A DNA stretch of 64,000 nucleotides, taken from the IMG/VR virus record IMGVR_UViG_3300034101_006118. The stretch is one strand, 5' to 3'. The position numbers and the translations under genes are program-made. This document shows, in pieces, positions 47,394 through 57,366 of this stretch. Source of the stretch: an uncultured virus (IMG/VR IMGVR_UViG_3300034101_006118) (taxonomy: Duplodnaviria > Heunggongvirae > Uroviricota > Caudoviricetes). Under the pieces are notes generated by a model. It ran no database searches. It was not told the origin of the DNA and worked only from the letters and a program-made list of their open reading frames with translations. Each line of letters opens with the position of its first letter. Within the stretch, counting starts at the first letter, position 1.

Positions 47394-47747
47394 GGGGCCG
47401 TATTTAGAATTCGATTCGGATGGACGGCTTGCAAGTGGCATGTAGAGGTTGGTTAGAAGGCCTCTTAAAAATCTAACCAAAGCCTTAACTGGCGAAACTG
47501 TTTACTCTTTGGCTGCATAAGTGCAACCACAGACTTAGGTAGCAATGCTAGTAGCGACCGAAAGTTTGATGTAAAATCTGGCTGGTCACATGTAGTTCAA
47601 CGGGCAAGTGACGAGATTAAGTTGATAGAGCTTGGATGGGGTTTATTTGTTGTTCCCTTCAAGTCCACAATAAACAATAAGATAAACATGTAGATGCTTG
47701 CAGACAGTTATGCGAAGACAGCGGGGCAGGTCCGCTCGGCTCCACCA
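47394..47747 (+). ncRNA. ssrA: tmRNA, tag (A)GETVYSLAA
   Basis: Acceptor stem GGGGCCG/CGGCTCC-ACCA with G3-U; tag ORF 47491-47520 after TAACT; 354 nt. Confidence 0.95.
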
Positions 47748-47806
47748 TATACTTGCTTATTATTCTATGTTGGTCTAAAATTGATTAGGCCAACATGGAA
47801 TAAAAA

Positions 47807-49027
47807 ATGAAAATATCTCTTTTCACGCCAACTCATGACACCAAGTATATCCAGAGACTCTATCAGACAATTCGTCGTCAAACTTATCATGATTGGGAAT
47901 GGGTTATTTGCCCCAATAATGGCGCTGTTGTTGATATAAAGGATGATCCAAGAGTAAAGATTTATCCTTGTTCTGGATCAACGAATATTGGATATCTGAA
48001 AAAATATGCATGTTCTAAATCAAAAGGTGATATTGTCATGGAAGTTGACCATGATGATGAATTGTTTCCAACAGCACTTGAAGAGTGCGCCAAGGCATTT
48101 GAAGATTCAACTGTTGACTTCGCTTATTCTAATTGTTGTGATGTGCAGGAAAATTATGAGCCAAGATTTTTCAGTGAAAAGTTTGGCTGGGTCAATAGAC
48201 CTTGTTTGTACGAAGGAAAACAACTGGTTGAAATGGTAGCTTTTTCTCCAGATCCTGCAAGTATAAGTAAAATCTGGTACGCTCCCAATCATTTTAGGGC
48301 ATGGAGAAAATCATTTTATGATCGAATTGGTGGTCACGATGAAACAATGGATGTTTTAGATGATCAGGACATAATGTGCAGAACTTACATTGAAGGAAAA
48401 ATGTTTCACATAGATAAGCCTCTCTATGTTTACCACCTTCATCCTCAGAACACTTGCTATGGCGAAAAAAATGCTAAAATTCAAGATTTATGCGTTGAAT
48501 TACATGATAAGTATATTTACAAATTGGTTGAAAAATGGTGCGATAATAACAACTTGAAGAAGATCGACCTTTGTGGCGGTTTTGATAAGCCATTTGGGTA
48601 TGAGAGTGTCGATTTGTCTAGCGCCGATATTACAGCCGATTTGAATGAAAGATGGCCTTTTGAGGATGGTAGCGTTGGTGTTTTTAGGGCTCACGATGCT
48701 TTGGAACATCTTAAAGACCCGATTCATGCCATGAAGGAAGCATATCGTTGCCTTGCTCCAAATGGTTGGTTTTTGACCCAAACACCAAGCACAGATGGGC
48801 GTGGGGCTTTTCAAGACCCGACTCATGTTTCTTTCTGGAATAGCAATAGTTTCTGGTATTACACTCGGGCAGAACAGGCCAAATATATTGGAACTCCAGT
48901 TAGGTTTCAGTTAAACAGAATTAAGAATTTCTATCCAAGTGATTGGCATAAATTTCATCAAATATTGTATGTCAAGGCGGATTTGTTGAAGTTTGATGGT
49001 CGTGTTGCTGGCGGTGTTGAAATATAA
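47807..49027 (+). CDS. GT2 glycosyltransferase fused to SAM-methyltransferase-like domain
   Basis: SLFTPTH, EVDHDD, DDQD; then DLCGG, DLNERWPF, HDALEHL, QDPTH. Confidence 0.85.
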   Translation: MKISLFTPTHDTKYIQRLYQTIRRQTYHDWEWVICPNNGAVVDIKDDPRVKIYPCSGSTNIGYLKKYACSKSKGDIVMEVDHDDELFPTALEECAKAFEDSTVDFAYSNCCDVQENYEPRFFSEKFGWVNRPCLYEGKQLVEMVAFSPDPASISKIWYAPNHFRAWRKSFYDRIGGHDETMDVLDDQDIMCRTYIEGKMFHIDKPLYVYHLHPQNTCYGEKNAKIQDLCVELHDKYIYKLVEKWCDNNNLKKIDLCGGFDKPFGYESVDLSSADITADLNERWPFEDGSVGVFRAHDALEHLKDPIHAMKEAYRCLAPNGWFLTQTPSTDGRGAFQDPTHVSFWNSNSFWYYTRAEQAKYIGTPVRFQLNRIKNFYPSDWHKFHQILYVKADLLKFDGRVAGGVEI

Positions 49028-49050
49028 TTTTTTGTTTAGGACATATTTTT

Positions 49051-50031
49051 ATGAGGCAAGTGGACATTCCTATGTACAAACCAAATAGTCAAGCTTCTTC
49101 TTCTCTTAAGAAATTGTTTGAATATAGATCAGATGGAGATTTTGATGCTTTTGATGATGAAAAAATATCATATTATAATCAATGGTCTACTTCTGATAGC
49201 ATTCATTTTTTGCCAACTGCTACAACTGTAAAGCAATTGGTGCCCGGAACATATGATATAAAAAGCAGTCAGGCAAATGGCATTTACTTTGAGAAAATAC
49301 CAGTAGTAACTCATGGTATTATTCGATTTCCAGAAACAAACTCAGAAAAAATTGTGTTGGAGATTCAAAAGTTTTGGGAAAGGGAAAAGCTATTCCGTGA
49401 TTATAGGCTCACCTATAAAAGGGGAGTGATGCTTTATGGGCCTCCCGGTTCTGGCAAGACTTCAGCCATACAACTTGTTATGCGTGATGTCATCGAGAGA
49501 GGTGGAGTTGTAATTAATTTCTTGAGTCCCGGTCTTTTTCTGGCTGGGATTAGGAAGTTCAGGGAAATACAGCCAGAAACTCCAATTGTAGTCTTGATGG
49601 AGGACATAGATTCGATTATAGAGATAAACTCCGAGAGTGAAGTTTTGAATGTTTTGGACGGTGTGAATCAAATAGAAAAGGCAGTATTTCTTGCGACAAC
49701 TAATTATCCTGAGAGATTGGGAGATAGGATAATTAATCGTCCAAGTCGATTTGACAAAAGATTCAAAATAGGACATCCCAACCCCGAGAGCCGACATCTT
49801 TATCTTGAGTTCATCATGGGAGGATCTGAAAAAGTAAAGGAAATGCAAATTAATTTGGAAAAATGGGTTGAGGATACGGAAGATTTTTCTCTTGCTCATC
49901 TCAAGGAATTGTTTGTTGCTGTCGTGATTCTTGGCGATCATTATGATGATGCTTTACAAACATTAATGTTGATGCGTGAAGAGAATTTGTCGTCTAGTGA
50001 TGACAACACAAGAAAGAAAATGGGGTTTTGA
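49051..50031 (+). CDS. AAA+ ATPase
   Basis: YGPPGSGKT, MEDID, LNVLDG, TTNYPE, RPSRFD. Confidence 0.9.
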   Translation: MRQVDIPMYKPNSQASSSLKKLFEYRSDGDFDAFDDEKISYYNQWSTSDSIHFLPTATTVKQLVPGTYDIKSSQANGIYFEKIPVVTHGIIRFPETNSEKIVLEIQKFWEREKLFRDYRLTYKRGVMLYGPPGSGKTSAIQLVMRDVIERGGVVINFLSPGLFLAGIRKFREIQPETPIVVLMEDIDSIIEINSESEVLNVLDGVNQIEKAVFLATTNYPERLGDRIINRPSRFDKRFKIGHPNPESRHLYLEFIMGGSEKVKEMQINLEKWVEDTEDFSLAHLKELFVAVVILGDHYDDALQTLMLMREENLSSSDDNTRKKMGF

Positions 50032-50561
50032 GCATGACTGATAACATTATTTTGTTGCAGCAAGAATATGTTGTTGTTATTGACACAAACAAACCATCAT
50101 TTGATTTTGCAACACAGCTTTGTGCATATTGCACAGGCCATGATGATGAAAATTCAAAAGACCATAAGATGGTCGATAAGTTTTATGATCAAGTCATGCC
50201 TCATTTTTCTGACAACTTGAAAGACAGAATTCGTGATAATCCTTTTTGCGGATTCCTAACAGACAAGATGGATCAGTATGGTTTTTATTCTCCTTGTACG
50301 GTTTGGTTGAACAAGAATTACGGCTGCAACGATGAAGGCGAATATGATATTTTAACTGAAAATAATTTTGATAATTTTAGTCTTCCCGCCCCATTGAGCG
50401 TTGGTTTTTTCTTTGAGAATGAACCAAACTCGGAATTACTCGCCTTGTTGAAAAACAGAATAAATAAGTTTTTCGCCGAGGAGTGGAAATCTCCTGTAAG
50501 ATTTGAAGGCATGAGGCTGATCACCAAAACTCTTTATGGTTCTGAAAGGGAAATTGACTAA
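50028..50561 (+). CDS. hypothetical protein
   Basis: 177-aa ORF in operon. Confidence 0.6.
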   Translation: MSMTDNIILLQQEYVVVIDTNKPSFDFATQLCAYCTGHDDENSKDHKMVDKFYDQVMPHFSDNLKDRIRDNPFCGFLTDKMDQYGFYSPCTVWLNKNYGCNDEGEYDILTENNFDNFSLPAPLSVGFFFENEPNSELLALLKNRINKFFAEEWKSPVRFEGMRLITKTLYGSEREID

Positions 50562-50615
50562 TTTTTGAAAGACTTGAAAAGAGTGGTCTTTTAATGTAAA
50601 CTGACCAGAGATTCC

Positions 50616-53369
50616 ATGCTTCATCTCTGGCAGATAAAAATGATTAATGATAAGGCAAGGTTTGTTGATCTTCTTGATTCTGCCATGAAGTCTAGAGGAC
50701 TTTCTGGCAAAAAGTTATATGAAAAAAGGCTTAAGTGGGAAACAGAAGAAATCCTTGCAAAGGATAAGCAAAGTTATTTTCTTGATCTTTTTGACAGGAA
50801 GATTAAGTATCCATCCAATCAAAATAATTTACTGGTTTGTTGGCTTCTAGGCATAGTTCAAGACTTTGATATTAATGATGAGCCAGCGAATCATTTTACG
50901 GGTGATTTGCCTGATGTGGACATTGATTATATTCCCATGGTCAGGGATTATTTGAAAAATGAATGGGCACCTAAAACATTTGGCGAAGAATATGTTTGCA
51001 ACATTGGCAACTATACCACATTCGGGATTAAGTCGGCTTTAATTGACATGGCAAGGGTTCATGGTGAGAGTCGTGAAGAGGTTATGGCTGTCACTAAAAA
51101 CCTTGACGCTAAGGACGACGAAGGAAATCCAATCACATGGGATGCCGCCATAAGACTCGATCCTGATTTCAAATCTTATGTTGAAAAGTATCCTTCTGTG
51201 GCAGAGGCAACTAAAAAACTAATCAATCGTAATCGTGGAATGGGAGTTCATGCAGGAGGCTTGATTATATCAAGAAATCCAATTCACGATCTTGTTCCTC
51301 TAGTGAAAAGAAAGGATAACCCGCAAGCAAGTGCTTGGGTAGAGGGTCTTCATGGACAAGACTTGCAACCTGTGGGTTTGGTTAAATTTGATTTATTAGT
51401 TATTTCAAACCTTTTACAAATTGCTCGTTGTTGTGAGATGGTAAAGAGCAGGCGTGGAATAACCAGTATTTGTGGAAGGCCGGGAGAGCCTGATTGGTCT
51501 GATGTCGATTCTTGGAGAAATGACGCAGATTCTTTGGCCATGGCCAATTCCGCTGATCTCAAGTGCATATTCCAATTTGATTCGGAAGGTATTCGTGGCC
51601 TTGTGAGAGCAGGAGGAGTAGATCGATTTGAGGATTTGGTGGTTTACTCAGCGATTTTTCGTCCCGGCTGTTTGAAAGTTTTAATGGACAAGCGTTATGT
51701 TGAGCGCAAGAAAGGTCGTGAAAAATTTGAATTGCATCCACTAATCAAGCCAATCCTTGAAAAAACTTATGGAGTCATGGTTTATCAAGAACAAATCATG
51801 AAAATATTGCATGTCGTTGGTAATATTCCTCTTAAAGATTGTGAGGCTGTAAGAAAGGCGATTAGTAAGAAGAAAATTGAATCAATTGCAAAATATAAAG
51901 ACATGTTCATTGAAAATGGAATGAAAAATTTAAGTTACACCAAAGAACAAATGGAGGAATTTTTTGCACAGATACTTTCTTTCAGCGAATACGGATTTAA
52001 TTTATCGCATGCCGTGGCTTACAATTACATAAGCATGTATCTTTTGTATCTCAAATCTCATTATCCTCCTGAATTTTATGCAAGCATGCTGTCATGTGAG
52101 ACAGTGAGTGATAAAATAAAAGATTTCAAAATGGAGGCAAAGATACATGGCGTTAACATGCACAGGCTTGATATCAATAAGTCAAAAGTGAATTTTGAGT
52201 TAGTTGGCGACATGATTTATTATGGTTTTTCAAATGTAAAGGGAATTGGAGAAGGTCCGGCTCAAAAGATAGTTTCCAATCAACCTTATTCATCTTTTGA
52301 AGATTTTCTTTATAGATGCAGCACGGACTCTTCAATACTTAAACCAATTTTAGGACTGCGTTGTTTTAGGGATCGTGATCCTATTACATTGTGGAAGTTT
52401 GCTGAACATTTCAAGGATTGCTTGAAGAAAAATGAAGACAGGAGAAAAAGGTTTGAGGCTATTTTGCAGAAGTACGAGGAAGATTTGAAGATTTTGTTGC
52501 CAGAATGTGGTTTTAAGTTATCTGATCTTAAAGGTGAATCTCCATTTGATGGAAGAGAATATCAAGAAAAATATGATATTAATGAAGAAATTGAGGTTTT
52601 GAAAGAATATGAATGTGATCCTAGTGAGGGTGTTGGCCGAATTGAAATGGAAACTATGATAGTAGATGGTACTGATGTGACAATTGAAAGAGAAGTGATG
52701 AGGCACTATAAAAAAATTGTTACAAAGAGGCCTTGGAATAGATGGAATGAGTTGAAGAAGTTGTGGGTCAAGAGACTTAGGTCAATTCAGAAATTTTCCG
52801 AAACTGAAATGAGATCTTTGCCGAAGCTAATTGGATTCGACGCAGACAAATATGATGTTCCTAAAGAACTTGAGAAGGATTTTAGGAATCCTATTCTTTG
52901 TGAGGAAAAGTATTATGGTTTTGCTTGGATACATGAGCTTGAAAGAAGTCCTGATTATAAAGGCAATCTGACTTTTGATGCTATTCGTAGCAATCATGAT
53001 GGATCAAGTGGTCCTGTTGAGTTGAAAATTAAGAAAGTTGAAGAAAAGACTAGCAAGAAGGGATCAAGTTATTGGCAGATTGCAGCGGAAGATGTGACGG
53101 GCCAAGAAAATAAAATAAATATTTGGGCTGATGATTGGAATAGGTGGAGCAAGGAATTTGTCAAAGGTAACTTACTTAGGGTAAGGCTTCAGCCTCCAAA
53201 TGGGGGATTTCCAACATTTTTGTTGGAATCAAATCAGGGTAGTGGAAGATTCCGATTCCAGAAAAAATATCATGATAAGGAAGACGATCCTAGAGTCATT
53301 ATTATGAGGTTTGGTAAGGCTGAAGAAGAAAAGCATATGACTGATGAGGAAGTGTTGAATTTGCTTTAA
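50616..53369 (+). CDS. dnaE: DNA polymerase III alpha, C-terminal part (palm PDxDxD, fingers, HhH, OB)
   Basis: LPDVDIDY, GVHAGG, KFDLL, IFQFDS, RPG, TYGVMVYQEQIM, YGFNLSHA, VKGIG. Confidence 0.92.
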   Translation: MLHLWQIKMINDKARFVDLLDSAMKSRGLSGKKLYEKRLKWETEEILAKDKQSYFLDLFDRKIKYPSNQNNLLVCWLLGIVQDFDINDEPANHFTGDLPDVDIDYIPMVRDYLKNEWAPKTFGEEYVCNIGNYTTFGIKSALIDMARVHGESREEVMAVTKNLDAKDDEGNPITWDAAIRLDPDFKSYVEKYPSVAEATKKLINRNRGMGVHAGGLIISRNPIHDLVPLVKRKDNPQASAWVEGLHGQDLQPVGLVKFDLLVISNLLQIARCCEMVKSRRGITSICGRPGEPDWSDVDSWRNDADSLAMANSADLKCIFQFDSEGIRGLVRAGGVDRFEDLVVYSAIFRPGCLKVLMDKRYVERKKGREKFELHPLIKPILEKTYGVMVYQEQIMKILHVVGNIPLKDCEAVRKAISKKKIESIAKYKDMFIENGMKNLSYTKEQMEEFFAQILSFSEYGFNLSHAVAYNYISMYLLYLKSHYPPEFYASMLSCETVSDKIKDFKMEAKIHGVNMHRLDINKSKVNFELVGDMIYYGFSNVKGIGEGPAQKIVSNQPYSSFEDFLYRCSTDSSILKPILGLRCFRDRDPITLWKFAEHFKDCLKKNEDRRKRFEAILQKYEEDLKILLPECGFKLSDLKGESPFDGREYQEKYDINEEIEVLKEYECDPSEGVGRIEMETMIVDGTDVTIEREVMRHYKKIVTKRPWNRWNELKKLWVKRLRSIQKFSETEMRSLPKLIGFDADKYDVPKELEKDFRNPILCEEKYYGFAWIHELERSPDYKGNLTFDAIRSNHDGSSGPVELKIKKVEEKTSKKGSSYWQIAAEDVTGQENKINIWADDWNRWSKEFVKGNLLRVRLQPPNGGFPTFLLESNQGSGRFRFQKKYHDKEDDPRVIIMRFGKAEEEKHMTDEEVLNLL

Positions 53370-53396
53370 TAAACTCATCATATATTAAAAAAACGG

Positions 53397-53404
53397 TATA
53401 AATA
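53397..53404 (+). promoter_or_regulatory. T4-type late promoter box TATAAATA
   Basis: Exact T4 late consensus 9 nt before ATG 53414. Confidence 0.5.
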
Positions 53405-53413
53405 GGAAAATAT

Positions 53414-53917
53414 ATGACAGATGACATTGTGATTGATGAATCAAATTTCAATCAATATTTTAGAGATTGTCGCATGCATCGCCCTGAGAGGGGTGATGTG
53501 ATGGCACGATATTCTGCGATTGCTGAATTTGTTGATGGAAAGATGAAAAAAGACATCATTGATTTATTGACGAATTATGACAATAAAGCTTTAGCGGCAA
53601 CTCAAGTTATGCGTAAGCTTGGATGCGCCACAGAAAATGAATCAATCAGAATTTGCAAAGAAATTGCAGAGGACTTGGATTCTGGGATGACTAATGAAGA
53701 TGTTGAAAACAAGGTTTATAAGTATAAAATGGAAGTTATATATTACACAAAAAGAGAATATATTCCAGAAAACGACCCGCATTGGACTGTAATTAGTATT
53801 GCAAATTTGGACAAATTCTTGGATAAAGCTAATCAGATGGTAAGCATCAGGACCAAGATATGTGACCAGACTGGAATGGAGAAATCCGATGGAGACGAAA
53901 AACAAGAATTGTCGTGA
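53414..53917 (+). CDS. hypothetical protein
   Basis: 167-aa ORF. Confidence 0.6.
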   Translation: MTDDIVIDESNFNQYFRDCRMHRPERGDVMARYSAIAEFVDGKMKKDIIDLLTNYDNKALAATQVMRKLGCATENESIRICKEIAEDLDSGMTNEDVENKVYKYKMEVIYYTKREYIPENDPHWTVISIANLDKFLDKANQMVSIRTKICDQTGMEKSDGDEKQELS

Positions 53918-54461
53918 AACTATTCTGGTAGACATTTGTTATTCTCCTTCTGCTGGTAATTTTGCCAGAACTCATAAAATAATTGGCGAGCGCCACAAGA
54001 TTGGCAATTGGTTCTATTGTCGTGATATATTTCATAATATTTTGTGGAATTTGAAATTATTTTTTTTCACCACCAATATTGGCAGGGTTTCAGCAGTTAT
54101 CAAGTTCATGGAAATAATTGAAGAAAAGTTGGATGTTCAGCCTAGATCGCAGTTTGGCCCCACACAAATGAAGAAAGTAATGTGGATTAAGCCAAGTTCT
54201 TGGTGGACTTCCTTGGGAATGAGAAGATCGTTATTCACAATTTTGTTGAGGGCTGGTTTGAAATATGTGCCATCAAAAGACAATTTTGATGAAGCCATTC
54301 AACTTGAAAAGTATTTGTCTAAAACGCCATATGCATTTCAAAGATTTATGATGGGATATACGAAGTATGCTGGTCGTAAAAGAGGATGGTATAGGCAATT
54401 TTACGATTTGAAATTAAGCGACGAACAAATAGATAAACTTCTTGTAAAACCTGAGAAATAG
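53862..54461 (+). CDS. hypothetical protein
   Basis: 199-aa ORF, start uncertain. Confidence 0.6.
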   Translation: MTRLEWRNPMETKNKNCRETILVDICYSPSAGNFARTHKIIGERHKIGNWFYCRDIFHNILWNLKLFFFTTNIGRVSAVIKFMEIIEEKLDVQPRSQFGPTQMKKVMWIKPSSWWTSLGMRRSLFTILLRAGLKYVPSKDNFDEAIQLEKYLSKTPYAFQRFMMGYTKYAGRKRGWYRQFYDLKLSDEQIDKLLVKPEK

Positions 54462-54553
54462 TTTTGTTTGTCATATATAAATTAATATTTGAATATTCTT
54501 TTTGGAATATTAAAGGCAACTGAAAAATATTGTCATAATAAAAGGAAAGCAAC

Positions 54554-55162
54554 ATGAGCGACATGATGGACGATATCAACAAGTATGCAGCTATATGGGA
54601 TAAAGCTTTGGCTAAGGGAATTTTCAATAACGCTCCCAAACCACCTACCCCATCAGAGCCACAATCAACTGCTGATTTCTTTGGTCAATATAATTCTGAT
54701 GATTATGACATCAATGGTTCTATGAATTTGAATGAATCTGAAGTAAAATATTGGTCCCAAATGGCCAAGATTGCTTCAAACCGATCTGCATATCACATGC
54801 CTTTGAATGAAGAGCGTCAAAATGATGTTCCGACTATCAAGAAGATGTCCAATCGTTTAGGAAGCACTTTTAATCCTGTTTATCCGAACACGGTTGGTAA
54901 GGATCAAGACTTGGGCACTCCAGTCAAGGTCACTCAGAATTGGGGAGTTGGAGGCAAGGAACTCAATGATCTTGCCGATTTGAAAAAGAGGCTTCATGAG
55001 CTTGAAGTTAAATTGAATCAATCTGGAATTCTTAAAAGCGAAAAGGGCAAAAAGAAGAAGGATTCTGATGAAAGCACCATTATCAAGGGGATGGATGATT
55101 TGAAGAAGCAAATTGATGATTTGTCTGACCGCTTGAACGGTAACAATAGTGATGCAAACTAA
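54554..55162 (+). CDS. hypothetical protein with C-terminal coiled coils
   Basis: AGGA SD, 202 aa. Confidence 0.65.
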   Translation: MSDMMDDINKYAAIWDKALAKGIFNNAPKPPTPSEPQSTADFFGQYNSDDYDINGSMNLNESEVKYWSQMAKIASNRSAYHMPLNEERQNDVPTIKKMSNRLGSTFNPVYPNTVGKDQDLGTPVKVTQNWGVGGKELNDLADLKKRLHELEVKLNQSGILKSEKGKKKKDSDESTIIKGMDDLKKQIDDLSDRLNGNNSDAN

Positions 55163-56111
55163 TCTTACATTCGTACAATTTCTTGAAAATCGTGATCCTG
55201 AACTTTTCTCTCAAATCCTGACAGAGGCTCAATACGACGAATTTTTCAAGGATATGAGTGGCAGAGCTAGAAGAATTATTGGAAGTATTGGTGCTGCTTT
55301 GGCGTTAGGCAGTGCATCTCCTAAGCGTATGGATGTAGATTTAGCACCCAAACCAGCAATTGTTAGGTCTGCAACTAGCCCAGTTATTCAAGCTGTTATT
55401 GATCACATCAGACAAAAAACTGGATTGAACATCAACTTTAATGATGTTCAAATGATAAAACCGAGTGAAGCTATTTCTTCTGAATATGGAAAAGATTACG
55501 AAAAAGTGCGTGATATGTCAGCCAAGGCTTATGATTCTCCTGATAAAATTGGCGACTTGGAATTTCCTAGAACTCCTTCTGCTGCCGACATGAGGACCAG
55601 TGAATTAGACAAACCTATTCCAGTTGTTTTTATGGACCCAAATAAGTATCCCGGTGCCGAACCGGGTAGTACAGGTTTTTGCTCTTCAATACCCGGTGGT
55701 CAAAAGTTTTGTGTTGTAAATAACCGTTCAAATTTGAGAACTTTGCGTCACGAATTATCTCATTCAACTCAAAACATGTTGTTCCAGTCGAGTCTTTCTA
55801 ATGAAGATCCCGGCTTAAAATATCTCACTGATAGTGCTGAAATTGGTGTTCGTTTGGGTGAACTAAAGCGCAATTGGTACAAGAAAACAGGTGAGATATT
55901 GACGAAAGAAAATTTTGGGGAGGCTCTCAAGGATTTGATAATGAATCCAGAAAATTATAGTGTTGATGTACAAGACCTGAGGCAAGTTTATTTGCATTAT
56001 TATCATAATAATGATAAATCTAAATTACATGATTTTATTAGATTTATGGCTAGCCACATTGATACCGTTGTTAAAAATGATGGTGGCGATCAAAGAACAG
56101 CACAAGCTTAG
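55152..56111 (+). CDS. HExxH metallopeptidase-like protein (capsid-targeting-like N-terminus)
   Basis: LTFVQFLENRD; LRHELSHSTQ ... YL...AE. Confidence 0.6.
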   Translation: MQTNLTFVQFLENRDPELFSQILTEAQYDEFFKDMSGRARRIIGSIGAALALGSASPKRMDVDLAPKPAIVRSATSPVIQAVIDHIRQKTGLNINFNDVQMIKPSEAISSEYGKDYEKVRDMSAKAYDSPDKIGDLEFPRTPSAADMRTSELDKPIPVVFMDPNKYPGAEPGSTGFCSSIPGGQKFCVVNNRSNLRTLRHELSHSTQNMLFQSSLSNEDPGLKYLTDSAEIGVRLGELKRNWYKKTGEILTKENFGEALKDLIMNPENYSVDVQDLRQVYLHYYHNNDKSKLHDFIRFMASHIDTVVKNDGGDQRTAQA

Positions 56112-56189
56112 TGTCAACTACTCCCAAGATTTGATTTGTACTTTTTTTTTATGCAATTTTTGCATATAATTGATTCATCTTTCATTTAG

Positions 56190-56756
56190 ATGGAGAAAGC
56201 AATGTCAAATCCTTGGAAAGCGCCAGATGAAATCATGCAATTGTTGTCATTAGTTAAGTCAAAGCATCATTCGCCAAGACTTGATGATTGTCGTATTGCC
56301 ATTTGTCTTGATGAAGGCAAAGCTTTTGTAAAAAATAAGTGGAATCTTGGTAAACTTAGCAAGTTCAGCCCAACAGCAAAGCTTTATCAAAGGGAGAAGT
56401 ATGACTTCTGTCTTATAGTCCCTTTGGAATTATGGTCATCAGCTTTGCAGCCTGATGCCAAAGAAGCCTATATTGATCTAATGCTCACAAGACTCGATAT
56501 GGAATACATTCCTGAAGTTATTGAGGAAAATGGCAAAAAAATAAAAGTGATTGATGAATTTGGCAGGATTCAGTATAGCAAAGTTCCCAAGACCGACAAA
56601 GAAGGTAATATAAAGTGGAAGGTTGACCCTCTTGATCTTGAGGTTTTTGCCAAGAATGTTCGTAAATATGGTTTATGGCAAGATGATTTGTTGGATATGA
56701 AAGAAGCCATTCTTGCTGTTGACGGAGGAAAAGGTGTTCAAGTCAAAAATAATTGA
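56190..56756 (+). CDS. phage metallopeptidase-like fold, HExxH lost
   Basis: HH..L, GKLSK, YDFCL, W, AYIDLML in place of HEL, DLEVF..VRKYGLW. Confidence 0.5.
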   Translation: MEKAMSNPWKAPDEIMQLLSLVKSKHHSPRLDDCRIAICLDEGKAFVKNKWNLGKLSKFSPTAKLYQREKYDFCLIVPLELWSSALQPDAKEAYIDLMLTRLDMEYIPEVIEENGKKIKVIDEFGRIQYSKVPKTDKEGNIKWKVDPLDLEVFAKNVRKYGLWQDDLLDMKEAILAVDGGKGVQVKNN

Positions 56757-57165
56757 AATCGTTGTTTTGGGTTTGTGGTTGCTCATAGCTTTGGTTTTGA
56801 TTTTTAGATCTAAAGAATCAACTCAATTTGTTCCTCCAATAAGTGAGCAACCATCAAACCTTTTGTCAAAGAAATATGATGTCAAGAAGATAACTGTTAT
56901 TGATGGAAACACATTTGATTTGAGCATTAGAAATTCTCTTTCTGAAGATTTAATGGCAAGAATTTTGGGAGAAATTCCTCTCAAGGCCACTATTGATGCG
57001 AAGAAGAAGGTGATTGAATTATTGAACAAAGTAGAAAATCCAATTGTTTTTCTTGATAAGAAATTAGATAATGGCAAATGGATTATTGAAATAAGTTTTT
57101 CTTTGGAAGGTAAAGATATTCAATTAACTTCATGGATGAAAGAAAACAATCTTGTTTACAATTAA
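56713..57165 (+). CDS. membrane-anchored SNase/OB-like protein
   Basis: N-terminal TM; VIDGNTF. Confidence 0.45.
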   Translation: MLLTEEKVFKSKIIEIVVLGLWLLIALVLIFRSKESTQFVPPISEQPSNLLSKKYDVKKITVIDGNTFDLSIRNSLSEDLMARILGEIPLKATIDAKKKVIELLNKVENPIVFLDKKLDNGKWIIEISFSLEGKDIQLTSWMKENNLVYN

Positions 57166-57177
57166 CTCTAATGCATT

Positions 57178-57366
57178 ATGGAACAAAATTTTATAATTAG
57201 ATGTCACAAATGTCGTTGGGCCAGACTTTCTACTGGCCTGACTGATGATCTCAAGGATTTGGCTGAAATTAAAAAGTGTGAAACATGTGGTTTTACTCGT
57301 ACATTCAAGTGTCCTAGATGTGGTCTTCCTGCAAAGATGACAAGAATTAAGAGAAACAATGCATGA
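57178..57366 (+). CDS. small zinc-finger protein
   Basis: Three CxxC pairs. Confidence 0.65.
   Translation: MEQNFIIRCHKCRWARLSTGLTDDLKDLAEIKKCETCGFTRTFKCPRCGLPAKMTRIKRNNA

Noticed and set aside
44700..50700. Split intein joining the two dnaE genes
   Set aside because: No intein N-terminal (CL/CF) or C-terminal (HN-C/S/T) blocks at the junctions
56112..56130. GTCAACTACTCCC resembling an IS200/IS605 (IscB-type) end
   Set aside because: No following hairpin, transposase or nuclease; too short to support
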